Origin: an uncultured Anaerolineales bacterium
Lineage (GTDB): Bacteria; Chloroflexota; Anaerolineae; B4-G1; SLSP01
Reading direction: 5' to 3'
DNA: 46,387 nt
NCBI GenBank assembly: GCA_964452025.1
Contig: CAYVKR010000001.1
Coordinates: 1-46,387, forward strand
Both the position numbers and the translations under genes were made by a program. Below are positions 33,873 to 43,209 of this stretch, piece by piece; positions within the stretch are counted from its first letter, which is position 1, and each line of letters starts with the position of its first letter. The notes below the pieces were generated by a model. That model did not search any database. It was not told the DNA's origin and saw only the letters and a list, made by a program, of their open reading frames with translations.

Positions 33873-34071
33873 GCCACGGGACCTCTGGGCCAGGGCAGGG
33901 ACCTTTACCCAAAAACGGCCCTCCGCTCGAAATAATGCGGAAAAGAATGCCATTTTGGTCCACCTGGCCAAATACAAAGATTATTTTCACCTGAGTCTTT
34001 AATGCAAGGAGCCTTGTCTCGACTCAGATTAGAATATCCCACCAAATTCCTATATACAAATAGCCGCTGTG

Positions 34072-34080
34072 TGTTATAAT
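34072..34080 (+). promoter_or_regulatory. extended -10 promoter element TGTTATAAT
   Basis: Exact TGnTATAAT. It overlaps the first codons of the longest ORF form, which argues for a downstream start of the FG-GAP gene. Confidence 0.4.
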
Positions 34081-34137
34081 ATAGTTAGAGCGTGGCTGGC
34101 GGTTATGAAGAGGATAGACAACTTGGATGAGGTGGGT

Positions 34138-36126
34138 ATGTTAAAACTAGGGCGGATATGGCGATCAGTTGGTCTATTAGCGCTTTGTGGTCTTCTGCTA
34201 GGCCTCACATTTCCAGAGGGTGATCTTGTGAAAGCTGAGTGGAACGTTAATCCTCAGTTTACCCCTGGTTTTCCAGTGCATCTGGCAGGGGCATCTATCT
34301 ACGAGAGTTCTCCTACGTTGGTAGACTTGAACGGAGATGGTCAACTTGATATTGTGGTGGGTGGGGTAGGACAGAATGCCTGTCGCGGTCGCTTGTATGC
34401 AGTGAGCGGGTCAGGGCAGGTCTTGTGGGATATTCAGACGCGCGCGCCCATCAACTCGACGCCAGCAGTTGATGATATTGACCTTGATGGTGTGCTAGAG
34501 GTCGTGGTGGGGATGGGTACCAATAGCAGCAAGAATTGTGCCCATGGTGGCGTCCTTGCGGTGGACGGGTTGTCTGGGACAAAGGAGTGGGCGTTCGACA
34601 CGCAGGACTGGCTCAACCATACGCAAAACGGCTATTTGGACCCCGTATTCTCTTCTCCGACCATCGCTGACTTCGATAATGATGGGGATAAGGAGATTAC
34701 CTTTGGCAGCTGGGATCAGTGTGTTTATCTTATTGACCATAATGGCATGCCGCTCTGGCCCGATCTCACAGGTATTGAAGGCCAGCGTCATTGTGGGGGG
34801 CACGGTTTCTACAACGAGGATACCATCTGGTCGTCACCTGCTGTGGGCGATTTGAACGGTGATGGGGTTCTGGAGATTATCATTGGTGCCGACATCTCAA
34901 CCGGCAATCGCAATGGAGATCCCCCGGGCGGCTATCTCTATGTTTTGGATATAGAGGGCAATGTCCTCGCTCGCGAGTGGTTCAATCAGACCATCTATTC
35001 TTCGCCTGCCGTAGGGGATCTGGACGACGACGGTGTGCTCGAAATCGTGGTGGGCACAGGTGGCTGGTTGGAGGGTGCGGGGTACTACGTGACGGCCTGG
35101 AACTTTGTGGGCTGTAACGATCCTCGATCTGCACTGGTGGAGAAATACCATTGGTCCACAAACGGTCGCGCCTTTGGCTCACCGGCTTTAGCGGATCTAA
35201 ACGGAAACGGTGGCTTGGACGTGATTACTATTGCCAACGTGGGCGATGGCCCCTGGACAGGAGGATGCGACAACGGCAGTCAGGTCTGGGCTTGGGATGG
35301 CAAGACGGGAGAGAATCTGTTCAAGACCATGGCCTGCGATACGTTTGGCAATGCGTTTAACGTTCATGCTTCTCCCTCCGTAGCTGATATTGATGGTGAT
35401 GGATTCCTGGAGATCTTGTATAGTCATGCCTGGGAAGTCAGCATTCTTAATCATGATGGGACCTACTACACGGATTACTCATCTCACTCAGTCAATAATT
35501 ATGCATGTGCACAGACGACACCCCCCACAACGAATTTGACCTTCTGGGCCAATTGGAATGTCTTTGGAACGCCGGCTGTGGGAGATCTGAACGGCGACGG
35601 CAATTTGGATGTGGTCATTGGTGGGGGAAAGGACAAAGACAACGACGTTGCAACACTCTATGCTTGGAGTCCAGGTGACACCGGAGTCGCAGCGCCTTGG
35701 CCTATGTTCCGAAAGGACGCCAAACATACCGGCTACTCTGAACTCTCCCCTCGTTTGGTTGTCATGCCAGATTCAATTACTCTGTATCATGATATAGACT
35801 CTTCTGAGAGTCGCCTGAATGTAGACTTCCAGATTGTGAATGCTGGCGATGGCGGATTTAGCTGTACCGTTGGGGTGCCTGATCAAGTATCTCTCATGCA
35901 ACAGATGGACCTAATAGAGCCAAACACGGTCGTATCCCTAAGCGTTTTTGTGGACGGCTACTCTGAGGGGATGCATGATCTTGGAGATATTCGTGTGACG
36001 TGTTCCAATGAGAACGGTGAGGTGAAAGACAGCCCGAAGTCAATCCCGTTGCGCTTGTACTATGGGAAAGTGGGGCGAGTATATCTACCCTTGTCCCTAA
36101 ATGTCTGTGCCATGTCAGATCAGTAA
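34138..36126 (+). CDS. secreted FG-GAP/VCBS-repeat (integrin-alpha-like beta-propeller) protein
   Basis: At least 8 repeats of the form SSP[AT][VI][GA]D[LI][ND]GDG.L[ED][IV][VI].G. Signal peptide MLKLGRIWRSVGLLALCGLLLGL behind RBS gaggtggg. Confidence 0.85.
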   Translation: MLKLGRIWRSVGLLALCGLLLGLTFPEGDLVKAEWNVNPQFTPGFPVHLAGASIYESSPTLVDLNGDGQLDIVVGGVGQNACRGRLYAVSGSGQVLWDIQTRAPINSTPAVDDIDLDGVLEVVVGMGTNSSKNCAHGGVLAVDGLSGTKEWAFDTQDWLNHTQNGYLDPVFSSPTIADFDNDGDKEITFGSWDQCVYLIDHNGMPLWPDLTGIEGQRHCGGHGFYNEDTIWSSPAVGDLNGDGVLEIIIGADISTGNRNGDPPGGYLYVLDIEGNVLAREWFNQTIYSSPAVGDLDDDGVLEIVVGTGGWLEGAGYYVTAWNFVGCNDPRSALVEKYHWSTNGRAFGSPALADLNGNGGLDVITIANVGDGPWTGGCDNGSQVWAWDGKTGENLFKTMACDTFGNAFNVHASPSVADIDGDGFLEILYSHAWEVSILNHDGTYYTDYSSHSVNNYACAQTTPPTTNLTFWANWNVFGTPAVGDLNGDGNLDVVIGGGKDKDNDVATLYAWSPGDTGVAAPWPMFRKDAKHTGYSELSPRLVVMPDSITLYHDIDSSESRLNVDFQIVNAGDGGFSCTVGVPDQVSLMQQMDLIEPNTVVSLSVFVDGYSEGMHDLGDIRVTCSNENGEVKDSPKSIPLRLYYGKVGRVYLPLSLNVCAMSDQ

Positions 36127-36135
36127 CGGTCTTTG

Positions 36136-37395
36136 ATGCGTATCCTCCATGTGAATGCAGCCTATCCGCCCTTTCTTGGGGGAGCCGAAACCTATACGCA
36201 AGCAATCTCAAAGCATTTTCAGCGCTCTGGAGATGACATCACGGTCGTAACCACCGATGCTGGCGAGGTGGAGTATTTCTGGAACCCTCGTAAGCGTCAT
36301 CTCTCCACTGGTCGTGAAGACCAGGTTGGTATTGAGATCATTCGCTGTCCCGTAGGACATTTACCGCTCTCACCCTGGTCTTTCTACGTTTTGCGCAAGG
36401 TGGCGACTATGATCGCCACCTTGCCGTTTCAGTTAAGCTCGGTTTTCCGCTACCTTGCACCATATATGCCTTCTGTTCCTCAGATCGAAGCCGTGCTTAC
36501 CGGCCTTTCCCCCGGCTATGATGTAGTTCATGGCATCAATATCGCCTTAGAATGGCCTTTGCTAGCCGCCTGGCGTTATGCTCGCCGTGAGGGTCTCCCA
36601 TTTGTTACGACGCCTTTCGTCCACGTGGGCGAACAGAGCAATACAGACGTGCTGATTAACTACACGATGCCACATCAGCTGGAAGCGTTACGAGATGCAG
36701 ACGCGGTCATCGTGCAGACCAATATTGAAAAAGAAGCATTGGCACGACAGGGGATTGTCCTAGAAAAAATGCATCGGCTGGGCATGGGCGTTGATCTGGC
36801 AGAATTGCAGGGCGGTGTGCCTCAACGCTTTCGTGAACGCTATGATCTTAATGAACCTATCGTTACCTTTCTTGGTGTCGTGACCTACGACAAGGGAAGT
36901 TTTCACCTGGTACGTGCTATGGAAAAGTTGTGGGAGCGGGCGCATGACGTTCACCTTGTCATTGCTGGGCCTACGGTAGATGAGTTTGATCGCTTTTATC
37001 AAAGTCTCTCCCGGCAAATACGCGAACGTGTGGTCTTGTTAGGGCCTGTTATGGGAGACGACAAGCGTGATCTCCTCGCAGCAACTGATATCTTTGCGCT
37101 TCCTTCACGCATTGACTCCTTTGGCATTGTCTATTTGGAAGCCTGGAGCTATTGCAAACCGGTGATTGGCGCGCGGGCCGGGGGTGTACCTGACGTGATC
37201 GCACATGGTAAGGATGGTTTATTGGTAGATTTTGGCGCTGTAGACGATCTGGCGGCGAGTATCACGGCCCTTCTGAACGATCCCAACTGGGCGCATGCTC
37301 TGGGACAACGTGGCCGAGAAAAGGTCGAAGCCCACTATACTTGGGAACGAATTTGTGAGGCGCTCCACGAGGTATATGAGCGCGTAGCAGGGTGA
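36136..37395 (+). CDS. GT4 family glycosyltransferase
   Basis: MRILHVNAAYPPFLGGAETY. PSRIDSFGIVYLEAWSYCKPVIGARAGGVPDVI. Confidence 0.9.
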   Translation: MRILHVNAAYPPFLGGAETYTQAISKHFQRSGDDITVVTTDAGEVEYFWNPRKRHLSTGREDQVGIEIIRCPVGHLPLSPWSFYVLRKVATMIATLPFQLSSVFRYLAPYMPSVPQIEAVLTGLSPGYDVVHGINIALEWPLLAAWRYARREGLPFVTTPFVHVGEQSNTDVLINYTMPHQLEALRDADAVIVQTNIEKEALARQGIVLEKMHRLGMGVDLAELQGGVPQRFRERYDLNEPIVTFLGVVTYDKGSFHLVRAMEKLWERAHDVHLVIAGPTVDEFDRFYQSLSRQIRERVVLLGPVMGDDKRDLLAATDIFALPSRIDSFGIVYLEAWSYCKPVIGARAGGVPDVIAHGKDGLLVDFGAVDDLAASITALLNDPNWAHALGQRGREKVEAHYTWERICEALHEVYERVAG

Positions 37396-38519
37396 CGCTC
37401 GTGCATCTCGTGATCAATGCGACCGAGGTCGGTCGTCGACGGGGTGGAAACGAGTCGTACATCAGAGGCTTGCTGGCTGGACTTTCTGCTCTTCACACGC
37501 GTCCGGAGACTACGCTTTTGACGTGCGACTGGGAGATGCCCCTTAACGTTCCTGATGGATTTCGGCGATTAGGCCTGGGACAGTACCGAAGGCTACCTTT
37601 CTTTCTCTGGCAACAGACACGTGCAGTGCGTCGTTTCCACGCCGACTGGTACCTATCCAACTACTTCTTGCCACTTATTCTGCCCTGCCGGGGAATCGTA
37701 ATCGTACATGATATGTCCTTCTGTGCCCATCCTGAGTATTATCCGCGCTTTGTGGCCTGGTATATGGCATGTCTCACCGCCAGAGCGGTGCGGCAAGCCC
37801 GTTGGGTGGTGACGGTGTCGGAGTTCTCGCGTCGGGAGATTCTGCGTTTCTATCATCTTGATCCAGGTAAGGTCGTCGTCATTCCCAACGGCATTGGTGC
37901 AGAATTTCATCCTGGCTTGGACAACACCGCGTCCGGCGACGAGAGTATTTTGAAGAGCTATGGTGTGTCTGTTCCCTATATCTTAGCGTTGGGAAACATT
38001 CATCCCCGTAAGAACCTTTCCCGGCTCCTCGATGCCTATCTGATGATCAAGGAGCAAAGATCGACGGTTCCCCCGATGGTGTGGGTGGGTATTGAGCGCT
38101 GGGCCAGCGCAGAGTTGGTGCAGCGTGCCAAAAGCGTCGGTGTACATCTGACCGGCTTTGTGGCCCAGGAACACCTGCCGGCGCTTTACCGCCAGGCCAC
38201 CATGCTGGTTTATCCTTCTCTTTATGAGGGATTTGGCTTGCCTCCTGTGGAAGCCATGGCGTGTGGGACCCCCGTAATCGCCAGCAACACCACCAGTCTG
38301 CCGGAAGTTGTGGGGCACGCTGGAATTCTTGTTGATCCGAAGGAGGCGGGTCAGATTGCCGGTGCGATGATAAAAGTGTTGGACGATGCGCCTTTGCGTC
38401 AGGCGTTGCGCGATAGAGCCCTGGAGCGCGCACAAGACTTTAGCTGGCAAGAGACGGCTCGTCAGCTGGTAGGACTTATGGGCAGACGAGGTAGTTCCAG
38501 GACAGCTCAAACGTTATGA
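37392..38519 (+). CDS. GT4 family glycosyltransferase (mannosyltransferase-like)
   Basis: [35 protein letters not shown]. The GTGA start overlaps the upstream stop. Confidence 0.9.
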   Translation: MTLVHLVINATEVGRRRGGNESYIRGLLAGLSALHTRPETTLLTCDWEMPLNVPDGFRRLGLGQYRRLPFFLWQQTRAVRRFHADWYLSNYFLPLILPCRGIVIVHDMSFCAHPEYYPRFVAWYMACLTARAVRQARWVVTVSEFSRREILRFYHLDPGKVVVIPNGIGAEFHPGLDNTASGDESILKSYGVSVPYILALGNIHPRKNLSRLLDAYLMIKEQRSTVPPMVWVGIERWASAELVQRAKSVGVHLTGFVAQEHLPALYRQATMLVYPSLYEGFGLPPVEAMACGTPVIASNTTSLPEVVGHAGILVDPKEAGQIAGAMIKVLDDAPLRQALRDRALERAQDFSWQETARQLVGLMGRRGSSRTAQTL

Positions 38520-38550
38520 GGAATCTCCAGTTATGTTTGCTATGCGCATT

Positions 38551-38597
38551 AACCTCGGCGCACATCAACTCCGGCTGCGTTTGCCGAGGTTTTGTCT
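38551..38597 (+). terminator. intrinsic terminator candidate at the end of the GT operon
   Basis: AACCTCGGC (38551-38559), 23-nt loop, GCCGAGGTT (38583-38591), then ttgtct. Confidence 0.45.
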
Positions 38598-38667
38598 ACG
38601 CAGGATCTAAGGTGTGAAGAGCGTTTTCGCCAGCTGGCTTACTTTGAACTCCCAGCCCTCGTTTCCG

Positions 38668-38695
38668 TTGACATTCCATTGCCTGCTGATAGAAT
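38668..38695 (+). promoter_or_regulatory. sigma70-type promoter
   Basis: TTGACA (38668-38673), 16-nt spacer, TAGAAT (38690-38695). Confidence 0.5.
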
Positions 38696-38771
38696 GTGTC
38701 TGTAAATGACGCATGTATAAGAAATCAGTGAGCTACATTGTATGAATAGACTTCTGCCATACGCTAGGTAT

Positions 38772-38796
38772 AAAAAGCCCCGAACGGGGATTTTTT
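38772..38796 (+). terminator. short terminator-like hairpin with U-tract inside the 5' leader of the 806-aa gene
   Basis: aaaaaGCCCC gaac GGGGa tttttt. Flanked by an 11-nt direct repeat cgctaggtata (38762-38772 and 38821-38831). Confidence 0.4.
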
Positions 38797-38849
38797 CGTA
38801 TATCATATCCTTGGATTGTTCGCTAGGTATACTTTCCTGGAGATAGGCG

Positions 38850-41270
38850 GTGAATGTGCGACGACGCAGATGCATACTTTTGATCCTGATTTTCGTCTTT
38901 ACGCTCCTGGGGTGTTCAAGTTATCTGGATCAGGATCAAGTCTCTACGGGTTTTCAGAGCGATCTCTATCTTGGAAACCACAATACGGTTGGCCAGACTT
39001 TCGTCGCGCGTCACGGCGGTCTAAACGGCGTTGAGTTCTGGCTGCATCCTACGCCGGGCGCGAGTGGTCGCCTGCGGATGCGCCTGTTTCGTGGGCCTGA
39101 TACTGATCAAGAAATTGCCACTGCTGAGCTCTCTCTTGAAAGCGGTTCCTCTCCTGGCTTTCACAGATTCACCTTTGAGCCCTTGCGCGCATCCCATGGA
39201 GAGTATTACTACGCCGTGCTGACCTTCGAAGGTGAAGGCGAGGTCCAGTTAGGAACCGGACTCGGTGACGCCTACCTCGATGGTGCCGTATACCAGGACC
39301 ATGAGCCGAAAAATGCCCAGGCCGCTTTCCGCCTGACCTACGATCCTTGGTGGATGGCGCTGGAATTGGCCGGCGCGGCGGTGCGCGGAGCAGGACTCAT
39401 CGGGGTGGCGCTGCTGCTCTACGCAGTGCCGGGGTGGGCGCTGCTGGCCTGGCTCTGGCCGCACTCTGATCTCACCTGGGCCGAGCGACTGGCGTTAGCC
39501 GTAGGCATTAGCCTGGCGCTCTATCCTCTGCTCCTGCTCTGGACCGATGTCGTGGGCCTGCACCTCGGCGCACTCTATGCTTGGATTCCCGTCGTAGGCG
39601 GCCTCGTTGCTCTGGTGTGGCGCCACCGCGACTGGCGACCGCGCAAAGGCGGGGATGCGTTGAAGCGTTGGGCGCGCTCCGACGTGCTCTGGCCTGACGT
39701 GACCTTGTTGATCGTCCTGGCCCTGGTCTTTGGGGTGCGGTTGCTCGTCGTGCGGACGCTGGACGCGCCCATGTGGGGCGATTCGTACCAGCACACCATG
39801 ATCGCGCAGCTGTTGGTGGACAATGGCGGTCTCTTCAATTCTTGGGAACCGTATGCGGATCTACGCTCGTTTACCTATCATTTTGGATTTCACACTGCTG
39901 TGGCCGTTTTTCACTGGGTGACCCGAACGCCAATGGTCAACTCGGTTATCTGGATGGGACAGCTGCTAAATGGGTTGGCGGTTTTCACGCCAGCGCTTTT
40001 GACCCGGCGGATCAGCAAAAACCCGTGGGTTGTCCCCTCGACCGTATTATTGTCCGGCTTGCTTTCGCCCATGCCCATGTATTACGTCAACTGGGGGCGC
40101 TACACGCAGTTGGCTGGGCAGGTAATTCTGCCGGTCGCGGTGTGGCTTTCTTGGGAGGCCTTCAGCGCTGAGCGGCGACGCTGGCACTTGGTGGCGCTGA
40201 CCTGGTTGGCCGTGGGGGGGCTTGCCCTGACGCACTATCGCGTCTTGATTTTCTACGTCGCGTTTGTGTTGGCCTGGTTGCTCGTCTCTTTCCGGGGCGA
40301 TGGGCGCAAGGCCGTATCTCGCGTCGTCACGGTAGGTCTGGGCGGCGCACTCCTTTTCTTACCCTGGTTCATGCATATCGCAGGTGGAAAGATCCTGGCA
40401 AACTTCGGTCGCCAATTGACGACGGGCGCGAGCCAGGTTTCGGGGTTCACTCAAGATTACAATACCATCGGTGATTTTACTCTTTACTTGGCGCCCGCTG
40501 GCTGGCTTCTCTTTGCTGTAGCGTTAGGGTATAGTCTTTGGCTACGCAAACGAGGATCACTGCTGATAGGCCTCTGGTGGTTTTTTCTCTTGATCGCTAC
40601 CAATCCAGCGTGGTTACATCTCCCGGGTAGCGGGGCGATCAGCAATTTTGCCCTGTTCATAGCAACCTATTTACCCTGGGGAGTATTGGTCGGGATCCTG
40701 GTGGCTGATATGTTCACCTACTTGACGTCCTTAAGGTTTGGGACTATTCTGGTCATGTTGGTTGTTGTGGTTACAAGCTTATTGGGGGCTCGAGAGCGTT
40801 TGCGCGACCTGCGTATCTCTCAGCACGCGATGGTCACCCGTCCTGATCTTCGGGCTATGAAATGGATCCAAGAACACACGTCTGAGGATGCACGTTTCTT
40901 GGTTAATTCATTCTTTGCGTATGGGGATAGCGTGATTGTAGGTGCGGATGGCGGCTGGTGGCTCCCATTGTTGGCTGGGCGGGAGAATACGGTTCCACCC
41001 TTAAATTACGATTTTGAATCTGCACCTTGGGAAGGATATCGATCTTCACTGCATAGCTTAGCACGCGAAATTATCGAGTACGATTTTGGTGATCCGGAGT
41101 TGATTGAATCCCTCGACCTTCAGAGGATTACTCATATATATATTGGTCAGAGGCAGGGAAGTATTAATCATAGCAACGGTTTCTTAATAGTTGAACAGCT
41201 TGTTGAGGAGCCGTACTATGAATTGCTTTATCATCAAGATCGTGTGTGGATCTTTCGAGTTGTGAAATGA
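38850..41270 (+). CDS. polytopic membrane protein with lipoprotein-type N-terminal domain; putative GT-C-like glycan transferase or polymerase (function uncertain)
   Basis: 806 aa. Lipobox-like FTLLGCSS. A soluble domain of about 160 aa, then at least 12 hydrophobic segments. Loop DAPMWGDSYQHTMIAQLLVDNGG after an early TM. A soluble C-terminal domain of about 140 aa. No family assigned with confidence. Confidence 0.8.
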   Translation: MNVRRRRCILLILIFVFTLLGCSSYLDQDQVSTGFQSDLYLGNHNTVGQTFVARHGGLNGVEFWLHPTPGASGRLRMRLFRGPDTDQEIATAELSLESGSSPGFHRFTFEPLRASHGEYYYAVLTFEGEGEVQLGTGLGDAYLDGAVYQDHEPKNAQAAFRLTYDPWWMALELAGAAVRGAGLIGVALLLYAVPGWALLAWLWPHSDLTWAERLALAVGISLALYPLLLLWTDVVGLHLGALYAWIPVVGGLVALVWRHRDWRPRKGGDALKRWARSDVLWPDVTLLIVLALVFGVRLLVVRTLDAPMWGDSYQHTMIAQLLVDNGGLFNSWEPYADLRSFTYHFGFHTAVAVFHWVTRTPMVNSVIWMGQLLNGLAVFTPALLTRRISKNPWVVPSTVLLSGLLSPMPMYYVNWGRYTQLAGQVILPVAVWLSWEAFSAERRRWHLVALTWLAVGGLALTHYRVLIFYVAFVLAWLLVSFRGDGRKAVSRVVTVGLGGALLFLPWFMHIAGGKILANFGRQLTTGASQVSGFTQDYNTIGDFTLYLAPAGWLLFAVALGYSLWLRKRGSLLIGLWWFFLLIATNPAWLHLPGSGAISNFALFIATYLPWGVLVGILVADMFTYLTSLRFGTILVMLVVVVTSLLGARERLRDLRISQHAMVTRPDLRAMKWIQEHTSEDARFLVNSFFAYGDSVIVGADGGWWLPLLAGRENTVPPLNYDFESAPWEGYRSSLHSLAREIIEYDFGDPELIESLDLQRITHIYIGQRQGSINHSNGFLIVEQLVEEPYYELLYHQDRVWIFRVVK

Positions 41271-41278
41271 GGTAAATT

Positions 41279-41944
41279 ATGAAAAATATCGCGATGCTTA
41301 CGTTGTGGACGACGGTTTTAATTGGGGTCATGTTTTTGCTAAGTGATTGTAAGTATACAGAAATGTCGACTTCACCATTGTCTTCACCTTTGCAGTCAAA
41401 TTCACCGATTTCATCACCATCAGCTAGATCGATTTTACCTACAATGCCCGCAGTCGAGGAGACTCCTGTTCCTGGATCAATAGTGGAACCCGATATTGAT
41501 CTTGAAGCACTTGTTTTGCGTCCTGGAGATATGCAACCTTTTTTTGACCATGCGACTTATGCGATTACCCAACCTTATGAATCTGAATCGATGTGGGGGC
41601 TTCTAGTGACTTATCCTACAGAGATTCTGCAACATACAACTGCCTTTGCTGAGGGTTTTTCTACTCAAGTGGAGATATATAAGGAGTATTCACAAGCGGT
41701 CGATATGTATTATCTGAAGATGAAGGCACTTGAGGGTGAACGTATTAATCTAGATGACATTGCAGACAAAGGAGTCGCTTTTGTTTTGTCACCAACGTTG
41801 TCAGAATTAAATAAGCATGAATATACAATAATCATGAGGAAAGGCAATGTCCTTATCACTATAGAGATAAGAAGGGCTCACCCCATTACGGAGAAGGATA
41901 TTAAATCGATTTCGGGTCAAACTATCGATAAAATTTCCTACTAG
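41279..41944 (+). CDS. hypothetical lipoprotein
   Basis: 221 aa. Signal plus LLSDC lipobox-like site, then a Ser/Pro-rich linker. AT-rich codon usage unlike the core genome. Confidence 0.65.
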   Translation: MKNIAMLTLWTTVLIGVMFLLSDCKYTEMSTSPLSSPLQSNSPISSPSARSILPTMPAVEETPVPGSIVEPDIDLEALVLRPGDMQPFFDHATYAITQPYESESMWGLLVTYPTEILQHTTAFAEGFSTQVEIYKEYSQAVDMYYLKMKALEGERINLDDIADKGVAFVLSPTLSELNKHEYTIIMRKGNVLITIEIRRAHPITEKDIKSISGQTIDKISY

Positions 41945-42021
41945 ATCTCACATGATTCTTGACCGCGTTTTTTGGCTAATGCAACATTGGAGCAGTGCTG
42001 CAATTAACAGGGAGATACTTC

Positions 42022-43203
42022 ATGATTAATAAAGAATGCTCTAGACGCGAGGAATTTTTGGTTTTTGCTTCTCCTTATTTATTGGAGGAAGATATAAAAG
42101 AAGTTGTGGAAACGATTCGGTCTGGCTGGATTGGCACTGGGCCTAAAGTGCTTAGATTTGAGGAAAAATTTCAGGAATTGGTTGGTTCTCAGTACGCGAT
42201 TGCTATGAATTCATGTACTGCTGCATTATATATCGGACTACAGGTTGCAGGCATTGATTCTGGTGATGAAGTTATAACTACGCCTATGACATTTGCGGCT
42301 ACCGCAAATGTAGTTATTCATCACGGGGCTACTCCTGTCTTTGCTGATGTAGATAAACAGACGGGTAATATTTCTCCTGTCGAGATTGAAAGGAAGATAA
42401 CTTCTAGGACTAAAATGATAATACCTGTTCATCTGGCAGGTCGACCATGTGAGATGGATAAGATCCTTGATATTGCAGAAAGGAATGATCTATTGGTTAT
42501 GGAGGATGCTGCTCATGCGCTGGAAGCATTTTATCTGGGGCAGAAAATTGGCAATATAGGTGATATGGCTGCGTTCAGTTTTTATCCTACAAAAAGTCTC
42601 ACTACAGCGGAAGGTGGGATGTTGGTTACAAATTCTTCAATTTGGGCTGAAAAGGCTAGGTTATTGCGATTGCATGGGCTAGATGCCGATGCCTGGAAGC
42701 GATACTCTGATGAGGGATATGCGCATTATGAGACTATCGTGCCTGGTTATAAATTCAATATGTCTGATTTACAGGCTGCACTTGGTCTAAACCAGTTCAA
42801 GCGCTTAGCAGAAAATCTTGAACATCGGAGAAAGATATGGGAGATTTATGATGAGGGTCTTCAGGAGATTCCCGGTTTGGTTATTCCCCCAGAAGTTTCG
42901 GGGTCGGATACAATTCATGCCCGTCATTTGTATACAATTATGGTAGAATCTGATGAATTTGGTTTGACCCGGGATGAGTTAATGAGTCAGTTGAAAACAA
43001 TGAATATTGGTACTGGTGTTCACTATATTGGAGTTCACCTTCATGAATTTTACAGAAGGAAATTTGGTTATAAACCGGAGGATTTCCCAAATGCTACTTG
43101 GATTTCGGAACGGACACTCTCTTTGCCACTTTCTGCAAGTATGAAATTATCGGATGCTCGGTATGTTGTGAATGCTATTCAGTGGCTGTTTGAGCACCGG
43201 TAG
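42022..43203 (+). CDS. DegT/DnrJ/EryC1/StrS family PLP-dependent sugar aminotransferase (ArnB/PglE-like)
   Basis: SGWIGTGPKVLRFEEKF, AMNSCTAALYIGL, FSFYPTKSLTTAEGGM (catalytic Lys context), PGYKFNMSDLQAALGLNQ. Start moved to the ATG behind gggaga. Confidence 0.92.
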   Translation: MINKECSRREEFLVFASPYLLEEDIKEVVETIRSGWIGTGPKVLRFEEKFQELVGSQYAIAMNSCTAALYIGLQVAGIDSGDEVITTPMTFAATANVVIHHGATPVFADVDKQTGNISPVEIERKITSRTKMIIPVHLAGRPCEMDKILDIAERNDLLVMEDAAHALEAFYLGQKIGNIGDMAAFSFYPTKSLTTAEGGMLVTNSSIWAEKARLLRLHGLDADAWKRYSDEGYAHYETIVPGYKFNMSDLQAALGLNQFKRLAENLEHRRKIWEIYDEGLQEIPGLVIPPEVSGSDTIHARHLYTIMVESDEFGLTRDELMSQLKTMNIGTGVHYIGVHLHEFYRRKFGYKPEDFPNATWISERTLSLPLSASMKLSDARYVVNAIQWLFEHR

Positions 43204-43209
43204 ATTTTT

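Noticed and set aside
33702-33994. Three small ORFs (62-91 aa) in the 33.7-34.0 kb gap
   Set aside because: They overlap each other on both strands and are generated by the palindromic repeat element. No RBS, and the products are low complexity.
38639-39034. 78-aa minus ORF and 72-aa + ORF around the 806-aa gene start
   Set aside because: They lie in the AT-rich promoter/leader region or out of frame with the long membrane-protein ORF, and have no RBS.
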